A DNA stretch of 64,000 bases, taken from an uncultured Candidatus Saccharibacteria bacterium. GTDB taxonomy: Bacteria > Patescibacteriota > Saccharimonadia > Saccharimonadales > UBA10212. The notes below the pieces were generated by a model. The model had not been told where the DNA came from. It saw only the letters and a program-made list of their open reading frames with translations, and did not search any database. Below are positions 35,598 through 46,863 of the stretch, in pieces. Where the stretch lies: positions 31,938 through 95,937 of the forward strand of contig CAYNSQ010000001.1 in NCBI GenBank assembly GCA_964400155.1, written 5' to 3'. A program made the translations under genes and the position numbers. Every line of letters begins with the position of its first letter. Within the stretch, counting starts at the first letter, position 1.

Positions 35598-36608
35598 ATG
35601 AAACCCATACAGTACCCGGAGGCTACTAAAATAGCTGAACTAATAGGTGCAGCAAGTAAAATTGTGGTTATACAGGCAGATAACCCGGATGCCGATAGCC
35701 TTGCATCAGCTTTAGCACTAGAAGAAATGCTGGGTAACCAAGGCAAGGATGTTGAACTTTTTTGTGGAGTAGACTTGCCTTCTTACTTATCATTTTTACC
35801 AGGTTGGGATAGAGTCAGCACACAGATGCCTAGTAATTTTGATCTATCGATTATAGTTGATACTTCTAGTATAACATTGTTGGAACAGCTTGAAAGACGA
35901 GGTGTTAAGTCGTGGGTTGTTGCGAAACCATGCGTAGTAATTGACCATCACAGTTCTGATTCAACCATTGATTTCGCGACAGTGGAACTTAACGCTAAAG
36001 CAGTTGCAACAGGAGAAGTGATATATGAACTTAGTAAACAATTGAAGTGGGAATTAAACAAACAAGCTTGTTCGCTAATTACAAGCGCAATTCTTTCAGA
36101 TAGTCTAGGTTTAATGACTGGAGACACAACCTCTAGAACAATTCACATTATAGCCGAAGCGGTCGCCAGCGGTGTTAATTTGCCTGATCTTGAAGCTGCT
36201 CGTCGTGAAACTATGCGTCGCGAACCCGAATTAATACATTACAAGGGACAACTTTTACAGAGAGTTGAGTTTTACTCTGATAATAAAATAGCAATTCTAA
36301 CGATTCCATGGGAAGAAATTGAAAAGTACAGTCCACTTTACAACCCACCAATGCTAGTAATGGATGATATGCGACTTACTAAAGGGACAGACATTGCAAT
36401 ATGTTTCAAAGTCTACAGCGACGGTAAAATAACCGCTAAGATTCGATGCAACCATGGTCATGGAATTGCCAATCAATTAGCTGAGCAGTTTGGTGGAGGC
36501 GGACATAGCTATGCGGCAGGATTTAAAGTGCAGGATGGGAGTAGTTTTGAGGATGTAAAAAAACAGACTATTGATTTAGCAACAAAGCTGCTCAAAGAAA
36601 ATAATTGA
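35598..36608 (+). CDS. DHH-family phosphoesterase (NrnA-like), paralog 2
   Basis: DHH motifs (VIQADNPDADSLASALAL; VIDHHSSD) and DHHA1 (FGGGGHSYAAGF). Confidence 0.75.
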   Translation: MKPIQYPEATKIAELIGAASKIVVIQADNPDADSLASALALEEMLGNQGKDVELFCGVDLPSYLSFLPGWDRVSTQMPSNFDLSIIVDTSSITLLEQLERRGVKSWVVAKPCVVIDHHSSDSTIDFATVELNAKAVATGEVIYELSKQLKWELNKQACSLITSAILSDSLGLMTGDTTSRTIHIIAEAVASGVNLPDLEAARRETMRREPELIHYKGQLLQRVEFYSDNKIAILTIPWEEIEKYSPLYNPPMLVMDDMRLTKGTDIAICFKVYSDGKITAKIRCNHGHGIANQLAEQFGGGGHSYAAGFKVQDGSSFEDVKKQTIDLATKLLKENN

Positions 36609-36611
36609 ATC

Positions 36612-38054
36612 ATGATAAAGCTTTACAACACATTAACACGTAAATTAGAAGTTTTTAAACCTCAAAAGCCAGAACAAGTAACACTATATACTTGCGGGCC
36701 AACCGTTTATAATTACTATCATATTGGCAACCTACGAAATGCCGTTTTTAATGACACATTAAGAAGGATGTTGCAAATTGCAAACTTTGACGTTAAGCAG
36801 GTTATGAACATCACAGACGTAGGGCATTTATCTAGTGATGAGGATGAGGGTGACGACAAACTAGAAAAAGGCGCCACCAGGGAGGGAAAGACTGTCTGGG
36901 AAGTTGCACAATACTATACAGAAGTATTCAAAGAAAACATGCTAAGTCTGAATATTATGCCACCTAATGGTTACCATGGTGATGTCGATAACTATGCCAG
37001 AGCGACAGACTTTATTGATGATCAAATCAAACTTATAGAAGAACTTTTTGTTAAAAATTTTGCATACAAAACCAAGCAGGCAATTTACTTTGATACAAGT
37101 AAGCTGAAAGACTACGGTAAATTGTCTGGACAGAAGTTGGTAGATAAGGGTGTTGGTGTGCGTGAAGAAGTTGTTACCGACCAAGATAAAAAACAACCAT
37201 ACGACTTCGCTTTATGGTTTTTCTTAAGTGGAAGGTTTGAGCATCATACCATGAACTGGCCCAGCCCATGGGGCGCAGGATTCCCTGGCTGGCACTTGGA
37301 ATGTTCAGCTATTGAGCATGCCACTCTCGGTGATCCAGTTGACATTCATACGGGCGGTGTTGACCATATTGGAACGCATCATACAAATGAAATCGCTCAA
37401 ACTGAGGCTGCTTACGGCAACACTTTGGCAAACTATTGGCTACACAATGAACATCTGTTAGTGGAAAACAAGAGGATGTCTAAAAGTTCTAACAATTTTA
37501 TTACTTTAAAAGATGTTACCGATCGTGGATATAGCCCAATTTCATTAAGATTAGTTTACCTACAGGCACACTATCGCACTCAACAGAACTTTAGCTGGGA
37601 TGTTTTAGATGCAGCAACCGCTAGACTAGATACTTACCGAGCATTTGCAGATTTAAGGTATCAAGTTAGTCCAGAGGCACAAAAAATAGCTGACGACTTT
37701 TTTAGCAAAGCCCAAACAAGACTAAAAGAAGCATTATTTAACGATTTAAGTACACCTGCTGCTCTTGCTGATATTGATGCTTGCATTGACGTTGTTTTTA
37801 ATGCTGGAGGTGTAAACAACACTCATGAAAAAGATTTTAACATCTATCTGCAGCTATTAGACGACAGTCTTGGTCTAAAGTTACTTTCTAGTGATGATAT
37901 TACAAAGTCACAAAAAGAGTTGATTGCAAGGCGCAATCAAGCGCGTGCCAGTAAAAAATGGGATATATCTGATTCAATAAGAAAAGACTTAGATTTACAG
38001 GGCTTATTGCTTAAAGACTATGAAAATAACACTATTTGGTCACGTCAGAATTAG
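36612..38054 (+). CDS. cysS: cysteinyl-tRNA synthetase
   Basis: Class I motifs HIGN and KMSKS. CysRS zinc/Cys-binding residues are retained (CGPTVYN; WHLECS; GGVDHIGTHHTNE). Confidence 0.9.
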   Translation: MIKLYNTLTRKLEVFKPQKPEQVTLYTCGPTVYNYYHIGNLRNAVFNDTLRRMLQIANFDVKQVMNITDVGHLSSDEDEGDDKLEKGATREGKTVWEVAQYYTEVFKENMLSLNIMPPNGYHGDVDNYARATDFIDDQIKLIEELFVKNFAYKTKQAIYFDTSKLKDYGKLSGQKLVDKGVGVREEVVTDQDKKQPYDFALWFFLSGRFEHHTMNWPSPWGAGFPGWHLECSAIEHATLGDPVDIHTGGVDHIGTHHTNEIAQTEAAYGNTLANYWLHNEHLLVENKRMSKSSNNFITLKDVTDRGYSPISLRLVYLQAHYRTQQNFSWDVLDAATARLDTYRAFADLRYQVSPEAQKIADDFFSKAQTRLKEALFNDLSTPAALADIDACIDVVFNAGGVNNTHEKDFNIYLQLLDDSLGLKLLSSDDITKSQKELIARRNQARASKKWDISDSIRKDLDLQGLLLKDYENNTIWSRQN

Positions 38055-39114
38055 TAGTAATTCCACGCTTATCTAATTGATCGTTCAATAGAATTTTAAT
38101 GCAAGTAGCAACAGGAATAGCTACAAAAGCTCCTAGAATTCCTGCAAATTCCACACCAATTAAGGCAGCCACAAAGACAAGCAGAGGTGTTAGTTCACTT
38201 AATTTTGATTGAATTAATGGCTGTACTGTCATGTTCTCAATTTGGTAATAAACTATAAAGTATATAAGCATAACTAAAGCAAGTTCTACAGAATTCGCCA
38301 GACAAACAAGCAGTACTATAGCAGAGCTAATTGGGTTGCCAAGCATTGGAATTAGACCCAGCATAGCTACTATGCCAGCTAGGGCTACGACGTTCACAGT
38401 AACATCAAGCAAGCTTGTAGCAATGATTAAAGCTAAAAGTGCAAAAGACCCGGCAATTACAGCCATAATTACTTGTGCGTTTACAAAACCGCTGACGGCA
38501 CGATACATTTTTTTAGCAAGCATTTTTCGGTGTGCTCTTTTGTTTTTAGGCATTAAGGCAAACATTTTATCTAACCATTTGGGTCCTTCAACTAACATCA
38601 TAAAAGTCGCAGTTAGTACAATAAGAGCCGAGACAAATAGTCCTGCTACTCTTTTTCCCGTGTCAACAACAGTTGAGCCAAAATCACTATAATTATTTGC
38701 AAAATCACTTGCACCCTTAGTTACTTTTTCTTCTAAGTTGTAGCGGTTGATTGACCTGGAGATGGGGTTGTCTTTCTGTTGGAAATCACTTACTAGTGTT
38801 GGAACTTCATTAATAAACTCTCTCCCTTGAGAAACTAATGGAGGAATCACAAGAGCAAAAAAACCAACAATTATGACTATGACTAGAAAATAGGCAGCGG
38901 CAGTAGCACCTCCTCGTTTTTTAATTCGCAACCTATTGCTGATCATACTAACCACCGGGTTTAGTGCCAAAGCTAGAAAAAATGATATGAATAGTAGTGT
39001 TAAGGCATGAGTAATTTGACCAATAAAACGATAAGCAAGCAGAGTTGCTATTATCCAAAATATTACTTTAGCTATTGTTCGGTGGCTAATTGAAAGCGAA
39101 ATGTTTTGGTTCAT
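38032..39114 (-). CDS. AI-2E family transporter (PerM/UPF0118)
   Basis: 360-aa polytopic protein with the AI-2E topology and a conserved N-terminal helix pair (LLFISFFLALALNPVVSMISNRL). Confidence 0.65.
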   Translation of the reverse strand: MNQNISLSISHRTIAKVIFWIIATLLAYRFIGQITHALTLLFISFFLALALNPVVSMISNRLRIKKRGGATAAAYFLVIVIIVGFFALVIPPLVSQGREFINEVPTLVSDFQQKDNPISRSINRYNLEEKVTKGASDFANNYSDFGSTVVDTGKRVAGLFVSALIVLTATFMMLVEGPKWLDKMFALMPKNKRAHRKMLAKKMYRAVSGFVNAQVIMAVIAGSFALLALIIATSLLDVTVNVVALAGIVAMLGLIPMLGNPISSAIVLLVCLANSVELALVMLIYFIVYYQIENMTVQPLIQSKLSELTPLLVFVAALIGVEFAGILGAFVAIPVATCIKILLNDQLDKRGITTNSDVTK

Positions 39115-39150
39115 ATTTATTAATTATCCTGACTTATAGTCATTTTAACA

Positions 39151-40293
39151 CTAATCAATGAGGCTATAGTAACTATTCTCAATTTGTTTACCAACTACTT
39201 CTACGTCAAACTTTTTTACATATTCTTTTTGCCATGAACGATAGTCAAAACTTCCAGGAAGATTTAACAGTTTCATTGAAAATGCTTCCTTGTCATGAAC
39301 ATCTACCAATAGCTCGGCTTTACTAGCAAGGACACTTCTATATCCAGGATTATCTCCTGCCAAAACGCAACCGGCACCAGCTGCCATTGCTTCTAATAAA
39401 ACAATGCCAAAACTTTCTCCGCCAGTAGAGGGGAAGACTGCTATATCAGCTGAACTTAGTAATTTGGCTTTATCTTTTTCATCAATGTAACCTAGAAAAG
39501 TTATTTTTTCAGTTAAATTATTCTTGCTTACATATTTTTCTAGTTGTTTTTTTTGTTCGCCGTCTCCGGCAATTTTTAAGTTCATATTTGGATCTTTTTT
39601 AAGTGCTGCGTTAAATGCTTCCAATAGTTGTAGACAGCCCTTTCGTTTGACCAATCTTCCTAAAAAAATTACATTTTTTTTTCTTGAATTTTTTTCTAAT
39701 TTATCACTTTGATGATTGAACTTAGCAAGGTCTATCATATTAGGGCTAATTTCACACTCTAGACTATAGTATTTTTTAGCAAAAAGCTTTGCAGGATCTG
39801 AAACAGCAAATGCTTTATTAATTCTCTTCAAGCTACCTAGGTAGGCTATACGTAGCAAGACCGAACCTGCCTTAGCAGACCAACTATTAGGCAATATATG
39901 AAAGGTGCTAACCACTGGGGTGTTTTTGGGTAGTTTAGCAATTACTCTACTAGCCATGAAGGGAGAATGTGGTGTCTGAACATGTACAACATCAAATTTG
40001 TTTGATGTTAGTACTTCTTTAATCTTGTTTGCTTTAGCAGGGAATGGAGTTGATAGTTTGTTGCCGTTAAATTTAACTGTTAGGTTACTACTCAAAGAAT
40101 ACACCTGGCCACCTTTCCAAGTCTTTGTTTTAGACTCGCCAACTAAATATACAACCCTGTGACCTCTTTGGCTTAACCAAGCACCAAGAGTTTTAACATA
40201 CTGGGCCACACCAGCATCATTATCAAGCGTGTCGTCGAATATAAACCCGATTGATAATTTTTTTGAAGGAATATTTTCTTGTTCTTTTAGCAT
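39151..40293 (-). CDS. glycosyltransferase family 4 (GT-B)
   Basis: C-terminal EX7E-type motif region (FPSTGGESFGIVLLEAMAAGAGCVLAGDNPGYRSVL). The ORF-track start overlaps the upstream GT4 gene by 71 nt, so the true start may be internal or non-ATG. Confidence 0.7.
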   Translation of the reverse strand: MLKEQENIPSKKLSIGFIFDDTLDNDAGVAQYVKTLGAWLSQRGHRVVYLVGESKTKTWKGGQVYSLSSNLTVKFNGNKLSTPFPAKANKIKEVLTSNKFDVVHVQTPHSPFMASRVIAKLPKNTPVVSTFHILPNSWSAKAGSVLLRIAYLGSLKRINKAFAVSDPAKLFAKKYYSLECEISPNMIDLAKFNHQSDKLEKNSRKKNVIFLGRLVKRKGCLQLLEAFNAALKKDPNMNLKIAGDGEQKKQLEKYVSKNNLTEKITFLGYIDEKDKAKLLSSADIAVFPSTGGESFGIVLLEAMAAGAGCVLAGDNPGYRSVLASKAELLVDVHDKEAFSMKLLNLPGSFDYRSWQKEYVKKFDVEVVGKQIENSYYSLID

Positions 40294-41455
40294 CAGGTCT
40301 CAATCCTTGGTTCTTAATTGTTAATGCACCTTTATAGGCAAGTTCATACTGTGCGACAACCTTGGGATAATCATACTGTTTGACTTCTTCTGCAGCCCAT
40401 TCACGCCAATTGCGTCGCAATCTTTCGTCTGTTAGAAAAACAGCCAATCGATTTGCGAAATCCTCGCTTGCCTCTGCGTCAACCAATCCCAAAGCTCCAA
40501 AATTTTTAAGGACTGATGAGTAACCATTGTTTAACCCCCCTATTGTTGGTGTACCCATAGCCATACCTTCGACTAGAATTATCCCAAAACTTTCACCGAA
40601 CATTGCCGGACTACACAACAAATCAGCATTTCCAATTAAGTATCGCTTTTTCTCGTCTGACACATAGCCTAAGAATTTAACATTTTTTATACTTCGATCA
40701 TTTACCATTTGTTCAAAATAAGCCCGACGCTCACCCTCACCGGCAATAATTAAATACACATTTGGCAGATTTTTTTGTAGTTTTTCAAAAGCTAGCAGTA
40801 GGTTATCGACTCCTTTGCGTCTTTCCAGTCTGCCAACAAAAACAATTGTTTTTGTTTTATTGCCACTTAAAGGGACTCTTTTTTTAACTGGTTTGTATAA
40901 GTTTAAATCAATTCCGTTAGGTATATACCTCATATTTTTTACAAGTTCGGCATCAGCACCTTTTTTAACTAAAACAGCCGCTGATGCATCAGAAACAGCA
41001 GTAAAGACATGCATTTTAGATCCGATTCCTTGTCCATAAGCACCAAAAACATTAACAAAAGACCTTCCAGCCGCTGAATCTTGCAAGTTTGCATGGAAAG
41101 TACCTACATGAGCCGCATTACTACGAGGTGCAATCTGGCGAGCCAACAGAGGAGCCCAAGGTTCATGAAAATGAATTACATCAAATTTTTCGCGCTGTAA
41201 AACTTCTTCTACGTCTTCGTTGTTAAGCTCAAAGGTTACATCGCCTTTTGTCGACATGCCAGCACCAATTCTTCGAGATTTACCAAGTAGAATATAATTA
41301 CTAGGAATTTTGCCACTAAATTTTGCTGGCCGTGGAGTAATAATTTTAACTTTATGACCTTTTGATTCGAGTCCATCTGCTAAATGAACAACCAACTGCT
41401 GGACTCCTCCGTGATGCTCAAATAAATTATATGGACAGACCAGTCCAATCTTCAT
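40223..41455 (-). CDS. glycosyltransferase family 4 (GT-B)
   Basis: CSPAMFGESFGIILVEGMAMGTPTIGGLNNGYSSVL motif region. An N-terminal GT4 domain is present. Confidence 0.7.
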   Translation of the reverse strand: MKIGLVCPYNLFEHHGGVQQLVVHLADGLESKGHKVKIITPRPAKFSGKIPSNYILLGKSRRIGAGMSTKGDVTFELNNEDVEEVLQREKFDVIHFHEPWAPLLARQIAPRSNAAHVGTFHANLQDSAAGRSFVNVFGAYGQGIGSKMHVFTAVSDASAAVLVKKGADAELVKNMRYIPNGIDLNLYKPVKKRVPLSGNKTKTIVFVGRLERRKGVDNLLLAFEKLQKNLPNVYLIIAGEGERRAYFEQMVNDRSIKNVKFLGYVSDEKKRYLIGNADLLCSPAMFGESFGIILVEGMAMGTPTIGGLNNGYSSVLKNFGALGLVDAEASEDFANRLAVFLTDERLRRNWREWAAEEVKQYDYPKVVAQYELAYKGALTIKNQGLRPDAKRTRKYSFKKIINRVYIRRHA

Positions 41456-41524
41456 AAGAAGTTATTATACAGTAATTTCAGTTTTAGTAACAAGTGAGTC
41501 TGGCTTGGTGCGGAGTAAATTTGA

Positions 41525-42466
41525 CTATTTTCTAAGCAGAGCTTTCATGGGTGCGGTAAAGAACTTTCCGGCATCTTCAGCAGTTGCTATTACACTTGTA
41601 GAATGTGGCTGATTGTGTACAGGTATTAATATAAAGTCTGTATAAATGCTACGCATGTGTTCTTCTACCAAATTATTATCAAAATACCTATCATCATCTG
41701 CTGATACATGGTTTACCGGCATAGAAACCAAACTATTACACAAATTTACTCTCAACATATTATTACCTGTATACATATATGTTCGTATGTCGTTAACTTT
41801 CCATAAGTAAATTTCAAAATCGATACGTTTTTTTCTTTCATTTGTTTCTGCTGTTCTAATCTTAGAATGTTTTTCTCCAACAAAATTTGGTTCTAGTATT
41901 TTGTAGCCTAGCCGAATAATGTAATCCCTGAGAACAATTTTTTGAACGAATTTAGAAGTTAAATATCCAGAACACAGCCATGACACAAATTTAAAAAAAT
42001 AAAAGTTATTTTTTTTAAAACGAAAATCATCTTTATGCGCAAACCCAGCCAAACTTACCACAATCTTAACTCTACTTACCAGCTCAGGGTATTTCTGTAA
42101 CATTTTTGTAACTACTAAAAACCCATAGCTCATACCTATGAGAGTTATTTTTTGTTTTTTATAGCGTAATTTAATAAATGAGGCTAAATAATCAGCCATA
42201 TTATCCAGGGAAGGTTTTTTACCTATTTTGTAAAAACTGTCCATACCTCCAAAACCGGGAAGATCGGGGATAGTAACGTTTCCGAACTGGGCAAGAAACT
42301 CAGCCATTCCAAGAACACGTTCAATACTTGAGTGATGGCCATAAACTACCAATATTTCTTTTTTGCGCTTGATGTTAGTGGTTGGATATCGAAGCATGCG
42401 TCCAGACAATCCGTTCATATTAAGCGGACGTATATACTGGTTCGGATCTGTATTTTTGGCGATCAT
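41525..42466 (-). CDS. alpha/beta-hydrolase fold protein
   Basis: HGHHSS-type oxyanion region (LVVYGHHSSIERVLGMAEF) and a nucleophile elbow (LIGMSYGFLV, GxSxG). Confidence 0.6.
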   Translation of the reverse strand: MIAKNTDPNQYIRPLNMNGLSGRMLRYPTTNIKRKKEILVVYGHHSSIERVLGMAEFLAQFGNVTIPDLPGFGGMDSFYKIGKKPSLDNMADYLASFIKLRYKKQKITLIGMSYGFLVVTKMLQKYPELVSRVKIVVSLAGFAHKDDFRFKKNNFYFFKFVSWLCSGYLTSKFVQKIVLRDYIIRLGYKILEPNFVGEKHSKIRTAETNERKKRIDFEIYLWKVNDIRTYMYTGNNMLRVNLCNSLVSMPVNHVSADDDRYFDNNLVEEHMRSIYTDFILIPVHNQPHSTSVIATAEDAGKFFTAPMKALLRK

Positions 42467-42595
42467 TTGTTTATACAGTATAAAATAAAATAACGTATCT
42501 GTAAAACTGATAAGATTCTTAACGATCTATATATTCATCGTCTAGCATCAACACCTTATATAAGTTATAATCACTTGTGGTTTTGGGGTTAATAT

Positions 42596-42670
42596 TGGGA
42601 GTTGGCCAAGTGGTAAGGCACCAGGTTTTGGTCCTGGCATTCGGGGGTTCGAATCCCTCACTCCCAGCCA
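42596..42670 (+). tRNA. tRNA-Gln (anticodon TTG)
   Basis: Acceptor TGGGAGT/ACTCCCA, anticodon stem CCAGG/CCTGG with loop TTTTGGT, T-arm GGGGG-TTCGAAT-CCCTC, CCA encoded. Confidence 0.8.
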
Positions 42671-42776
42671 TTATTTATCTACAATCTTTCACCTTTTCGA
42701 CTGTTTTTACAGGTACAAACAATACCTAAAGTGCTATAGTTAGTATCAAGACGTAACTCTTGGGGGTCAAAAAGGG

Positions 42777-43700
42777 TTGAAATCAGGAATTAAAGTACTA
42801 ATAGCGGGATTTGTAGCAATTGCTCTTGCAATAGCAACAGGTTATTTCTACTTACGTAATTACAACATAGCTGTACTTCAACCTTCCGGTAGTATTGGTG
42901 CTCAACAGCGTGATTTGATTGTTATTGCTTCAGTTATGATGGCGGCTGTATTAGTTGTTGTGTGGGGTCTTTGTATATGGATTGCCTTTCGTTATCGCTC
43001 AGGAAACAAAAAGGCAAGCTACGCACCAGAGTGGGACTCAAACAAGCTGCTTGAGGTTGTTTGGTGGGGTATTCCATTAATTTTGATAGGGGTAATTTCT
43101 GTAATGACTTGGAACAGTAGTCATAGTTTAGACCCATTCAAACCTATTAACAGTACTAAACCCCCACTGCAAGTTCAGGTAGTGGCCCTGCAGTGGAAAT
43201 GGTTATTTATACAGCCAGAACAGGGGATCGCAACAGTTAATAATTTTGCTTTCCCACAAGACAGACCAGTAGAATTTTCTATAACATCTGATGCACCTAT
43301 GAATTCTTTTTGGATTCCGGCTCTTGGTGGTCAAATATACGCCATGAGCGGAATGTCGACAAAGCTTTTTTTGGATGCTAAAAAAGTCGGGGTTTATGAT
43401 GGATACTCATCTAATATTAGCGGAGAAGGTTTTGCCAACATGAAATTTGCTGCCCAAGCTCTCAGCCCAAGTGATTATGCTAATTGGGTTAGCGACGTCG
43501 CATCTAATAATACAGTTCTAGATGTGAAGGAGTACTCTAAATTATCCCAACCTTCAAAAGTTAATCGCCAACAAGAATATTCTAAAGTTCAAACTGGTTT
43601 ATACAATTATATTTTAGCTAAGTACTTAATTCCTTATGGGCAACTTCGAAATTACCAGTTTGATAATTCCACTGTTCATAACCATGGGAGTGAAGAATGA
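42777..43700 (+). CDS. cyoA: heme-copper quinol oxidase subunit II (CyoA/QoxA-like, no CuA site)
   Basis: Two N-terminal TM helices plus a cupredoxin-like domain that lacks the CuA CSELCG/H ligands. Directly upstream of subunit I with a 4-nt overlap. Confidence 0.75.
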   Translation: MKSGIKVLIAGFVAIALAIATGYFYLRNYNIAVLQPSGSIGAQQRDLIVIASVMMAAVLVVVWGLCIWIAFRYRSGNKKASYAPEWDSNKLLEVVWWGIPLILIGVISVMTWNSSHSLDPFKPINSTKPPLQVQVVALQWKWLFIQPEQGIATVNNFAFPQDRPVEFSITSDAPMNSFWIPALGGQIYAMSGMSTKLFLDAKKVGVYDGYSSNISGEGFANMKFAAQALSPSDYANWVSDVASNNTVLDVKEYSKLSQPSKVNRQQEYSKVQTGLYNYILAKYLIPYGQLRNYQFDNSTVHNHGSEE

Positions 43701-45658
43701 GTATAAATGGCAGGCTTAGCTTAGAAGCTTTTTCCCATAACTGGATTGTCAATTTAGGTGTCTTGTCCATGGTTGGTGCGGTGCTGGCTGTAGCTATTTT
43801 ATTGACATATAAAAAGCGCTGGGGCTGGCTATACCGTGAGTGGTTAACCTCAACCGATCCTAAAAAAATTGGAGTTATGTATATTGTTGTAGCTATTTTG
43901 ATGCTACTTCGTGGTTTTGGCGATGCTGTAATGATGAAGGCACAGCAAGCATTAGGGGTAGGTGGTGGAGGTTTCTTAGACGCTGACCACTTTCAGCAAG
44001 TCTTTACCGCTCACGGCACAATAATGATTTTTTTTGTAGCCATGGGTTTAATGTTTGGTCTTTTTAACTTGATTGTGCCATTACAAATCGGAGCCAGAGA
44101 TGTTGCTTTTCCTTTCCTTAATGCGACTAGTTTTTGGCTGTACTTAGCAGGTGCTGCTCTAATGAATGTATCCTTAGGAATCGGAGATTTTGCAGCCGCT
44201 GGTTGGTTAGCTTATCCGCCACTTTCTGAGACGACTTACAGTCCAGGTGTTGGGGTAGACTATTGGATTTGGTCTCTTCAAATAGCTGGCATCGGTAGTC
44301 TGATGTCTGGTATTAACTTCTTTGTAACTATTATAAAATGCCGTGTTAAGGGAATGGACTTAATGAAAATGCCACTATTCTGTTGGAGTGTGCTTGGAAG
44401 CACAATATTAATACTATTTGCTTTTCCTATATTAACAGTATCATTGACCTTGCTAGCTTTAGACAGAAGTTTGGGAATGCACTTTTTTGCTTCAAGTTTT
44501 GGTGGTAATCCGATGATGTATATTAACCTCATATGGGCGTGGGGCCACCCAGAAGTCTATATTTTAATTTTACCGGCGTTTGGTATTTTTTCGGAAATTG
44601 TATCAACCTTCTCCTCAAAAAGACTTTTTGGCTACAAATCTATGGTTTGGGCATTAGTGAGTATTACTTTTCTATCATATGTTGTTTGGGCGCATCATTT
44701 CTTCACTATGGGTGCCGGTGGAAATGTTAATGCCTTTTTTGGCATAATGACGATGATAATTGCAATTCCGACCGGAGTTAAAGTTTTCAATTGGCTTTTC
44801 ACAATGTATCGGGGAAGAATACGTTTTACTACTCCTATGCTATGGTTTTTTGGTTTTATAGCAACATTTACAATTGGTGGTGCCACAGGAGTTTTACTAG
44901 CAGTACCGCCGGCTGATTTCCAACTTCATAACAGTCTGTTCTTGGTTGCACATTTCCACAATATGGTAATTGGCGGAGTAGTCTTTGGATATTTTGCTGG
45001 ACTGTCTTATTGGTTTCCTAAAATATTTGGGTTTAAGTTAAATGAGAGACTTGGGCGGTATGGTTTTTATTGTTGGTTAGTTGGATTTTTAATGACATTT
45101 ATTCCAATTTATATCCTCGGGCTGATGGGAGCTACACGCCGTCTAGATCACTATGATGCTTCATTAGGCTGGCAAGAGCTATTCATTGTATCTGGAATTG
45201 GAGTCGCGATAATTGGTGCAGGAGTTATGTTTCAGGTACTTCAGTTATTTGTCAGTATTCGAGATAGAGCTAAAAATCGTGATACTACTGGCGACCCTTG
45301 GGATGGTCGAACATTAGAATGGGCAACATCCTCACCAGCTCCAGTATATAATTTTGCTATCCTACCAGAAGTAACCACTCGAGACGCTTTTTGGGAAATC
45401 AAACTACAGAAAGATAACAATAAAAACCCAATTTACAAAACAATTCATTTGCCTAAAAATACGCCTCTGCCAATACTTTTATCCGGTTCAGCATTTACAG
45501 CTGGGTTTGGTATCATTTGGCACATTTATTGGCTAGCTCTTCTTGGTTTAGCAGGCGTAGTTGCCACAATTATTTGGAGGTCGTTTGATGATGAGACAGA
45601 ATACTCACTTAGTCCTAGTATGATCAAAGAAATTGAGCAAGGGAGCAGGAGGCTATGA
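43697..45658 (+). CDS. cyoB: heme-copper quinol oxidase subunit I
   Basis: 653-aa, 12+ TM protein. Conserved His ligands in context (WAHHFFTMG; [12 protein letters not shown]; [15 protein letters not shown]). Confidence 0.9.
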   Translation: MSINGRLSLEAFSHNWIVNLGVLSMVGAVLAVAILLTYKKRWGWLYREWLTSTDPKKIGVMYIVVAILMLLRGFGDAVMMKAQQALGVGGGGFLDADHFQQVFTAHGTIMIFFVAMGLMFGLFNLIVPLQIGARDVAFPFLNATSFWLYLAGAALMNVSLGIGDFAAAGWLAYPPLSETTYSPGVGVDYWIWSLQIAGIGSLMSGINFFVTIIKCRVKGMDLMKMPLFCWSVLGSTILILFAFPILTVSLTLLALDRSLGMHFFASSFGGNPMMYINLIWAWGHPEVYILILPAFGIFSEIVSTFSSKRLFGYKSMVWALVSITFLSYVVWAHHFFTMGAGGNVNAFFGIMTMIIAIPTGVKVFNWLFTMYRGRIRFTTPMLWFFGFIATFTIGGATGVLLAVPPADFQLHNSLFLVAHFHNMVIGGVVFGYFAGLSYWFPKIFGFKLNERLGRYGFYCWLVGFLMTFIPIYILGLMGATRRLDHYDASLGWQELFIVSGIGVAIIGAGVMFQVLQLFVSIRDRAKNRDTTGDPWDGRTLEWATSSPAPVYNFAILPEVTTRDAFWEIKLQKDNNKNPIYKTIHLPKNTPLPILLSGSAFTAGFGIIWHIYWLALLGLAGVVATIIWRSFDDETEYSLSPSMIKEIEQGSRRL

Positions 45659-46254
45659 GCGTTAACTTAGCATCTAGTACACATAGTTCTCAGTTCAGTT
45701 CTAAAGACAAAACATATTTTGGTTTTTGGGTGTATTTAATGACCGACTGTGTTGTTTTTGGATCACTTATTGCTACATTTATTGTTCTGAGAGGAAGTAC
45801 TTTTGGTGGTGAAAATGGTGCTAGTTTATTTAACTTAAATTATGTTTTGGCCGAAACGCTGTTATTACTTACCAGCAGTCTCACGGCTGGTATGGCTATG
45901 CTAGCTGCCAGAAATGGACTTAAAAACCGTGCGCTCTGGTGGTTAGCAATAACATTCTTACTAGGTGTAGCCTTTTTAAGTCTTGAACTACGAGAATTTA
46001 GCCAACTCTACAACGAAGGAAACAGTTGGCGAACCAGTGCTTTTTTGTCTGCATTCTTTACGTTAGTGGGAACGCACGGACTTCATATTGCAGCAGGTCT
46101 AATTTGGCTTAGTGTCATGATGATTAAAATATGGCGAGTTGGAACGACTCAAGTTAACATCAAAAGATTGTGGTTGTTTAGTGTTTTTTGGCACTTTTTA
46201 GATATTGTTTGGATTTTTATCTTTAGCATTGTATTTCTAATGGGGGTAGTTTAA
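45655..46254 (+). CDS. cyoC: quinol oxidase subunit III
   Basis: 199 aa, 5 TM, subunit III-like ([22 protein letters not shown]). Overlaps the cyoB stop. Confidence 0.8.
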   Translation: MSVNLASSTHSSQFSSKDKTYFGFWVYLMTDCVVFGSLIATFIVLRGSTFGGENGASLFNLNYVLAETLLLLTSSLTAGMAMLAARNGLKNRALWWLAITFLLGVAFLSLELREFSQLYNEGNSWRTSAFLSAFFTLVGTHGLHIAAGLIWLSVMMIKIWRVGTTQVNIKRLWLFSVFWHFLDIVWIFIFSIVFLMGVV

Positions 46255-46270
46255 TGATCTATTTAAGTAG

Positions 46271-46663
46271 TTGTATCCCACAAGGACGATCAAATTGCAT
46301 AGGATTAAGTATATGTTAGCCAAAGAACAAAAAATGTATGTATGGGGATTTATTGCTTCACTAATCTTAACGTTAACTGCTTTTTGGTTAATTGGCGGCA
46401 ATTATATAAATGGTAGTCTTGCTATTGCTGTCATAATTTTGCTGGGATTGTTGCAGCTTGCTACACAACTCGTCTTCTTTTTACATTTACCGCAAGAACC
46501 TAAACCCCGTTGGAACAATATTGCATTTCAGTTTGCGGCTATGGTGGTAGTAATAATTGTTCTTGGTAGTATGTGGATTATGCAAAACCTTAATTACCAT
46601 CATGGTCATCAGACAATAAAGTCAGATAGATACATAATCAAAGACGAAGGATACCAACAATAG
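46271..46663 (+). CDS. cyoD: quinol oxidase subunit IV
   Basis: 130-aa 3-TM protein in the canonical position after subunit III. Confidence 0.7.
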   Translation: MYPTRTIKLHRIKYMLAKEQKMYVWGFIASLILTLTAFWLIGGNYINGSLAIAVIILLGLLQLATQLVFFLHLPQEPKPRWNNIAFQFAAMVVVIIVLGSMWIMQNLNYHHGHQTIKSDRYIIKDEGYQQ

Positions 46664-46863
46664 CTAGCATTGAAGTATACTATCGGCTCACTAAACCAGG
46701 TATTGTTTACGGAAATAGTATAGTCGCTGCGTCAGCTTTTTTTTATGGTACTGAACAGAATTTTAATTTACTGAATTTTCTAGCTTCAATAATTGGCCTT
46801 GCATTTGTAATTGCAAGCGGTTGCGTTTTCAACAACTACACAGATAAACATATCGACAGTATC

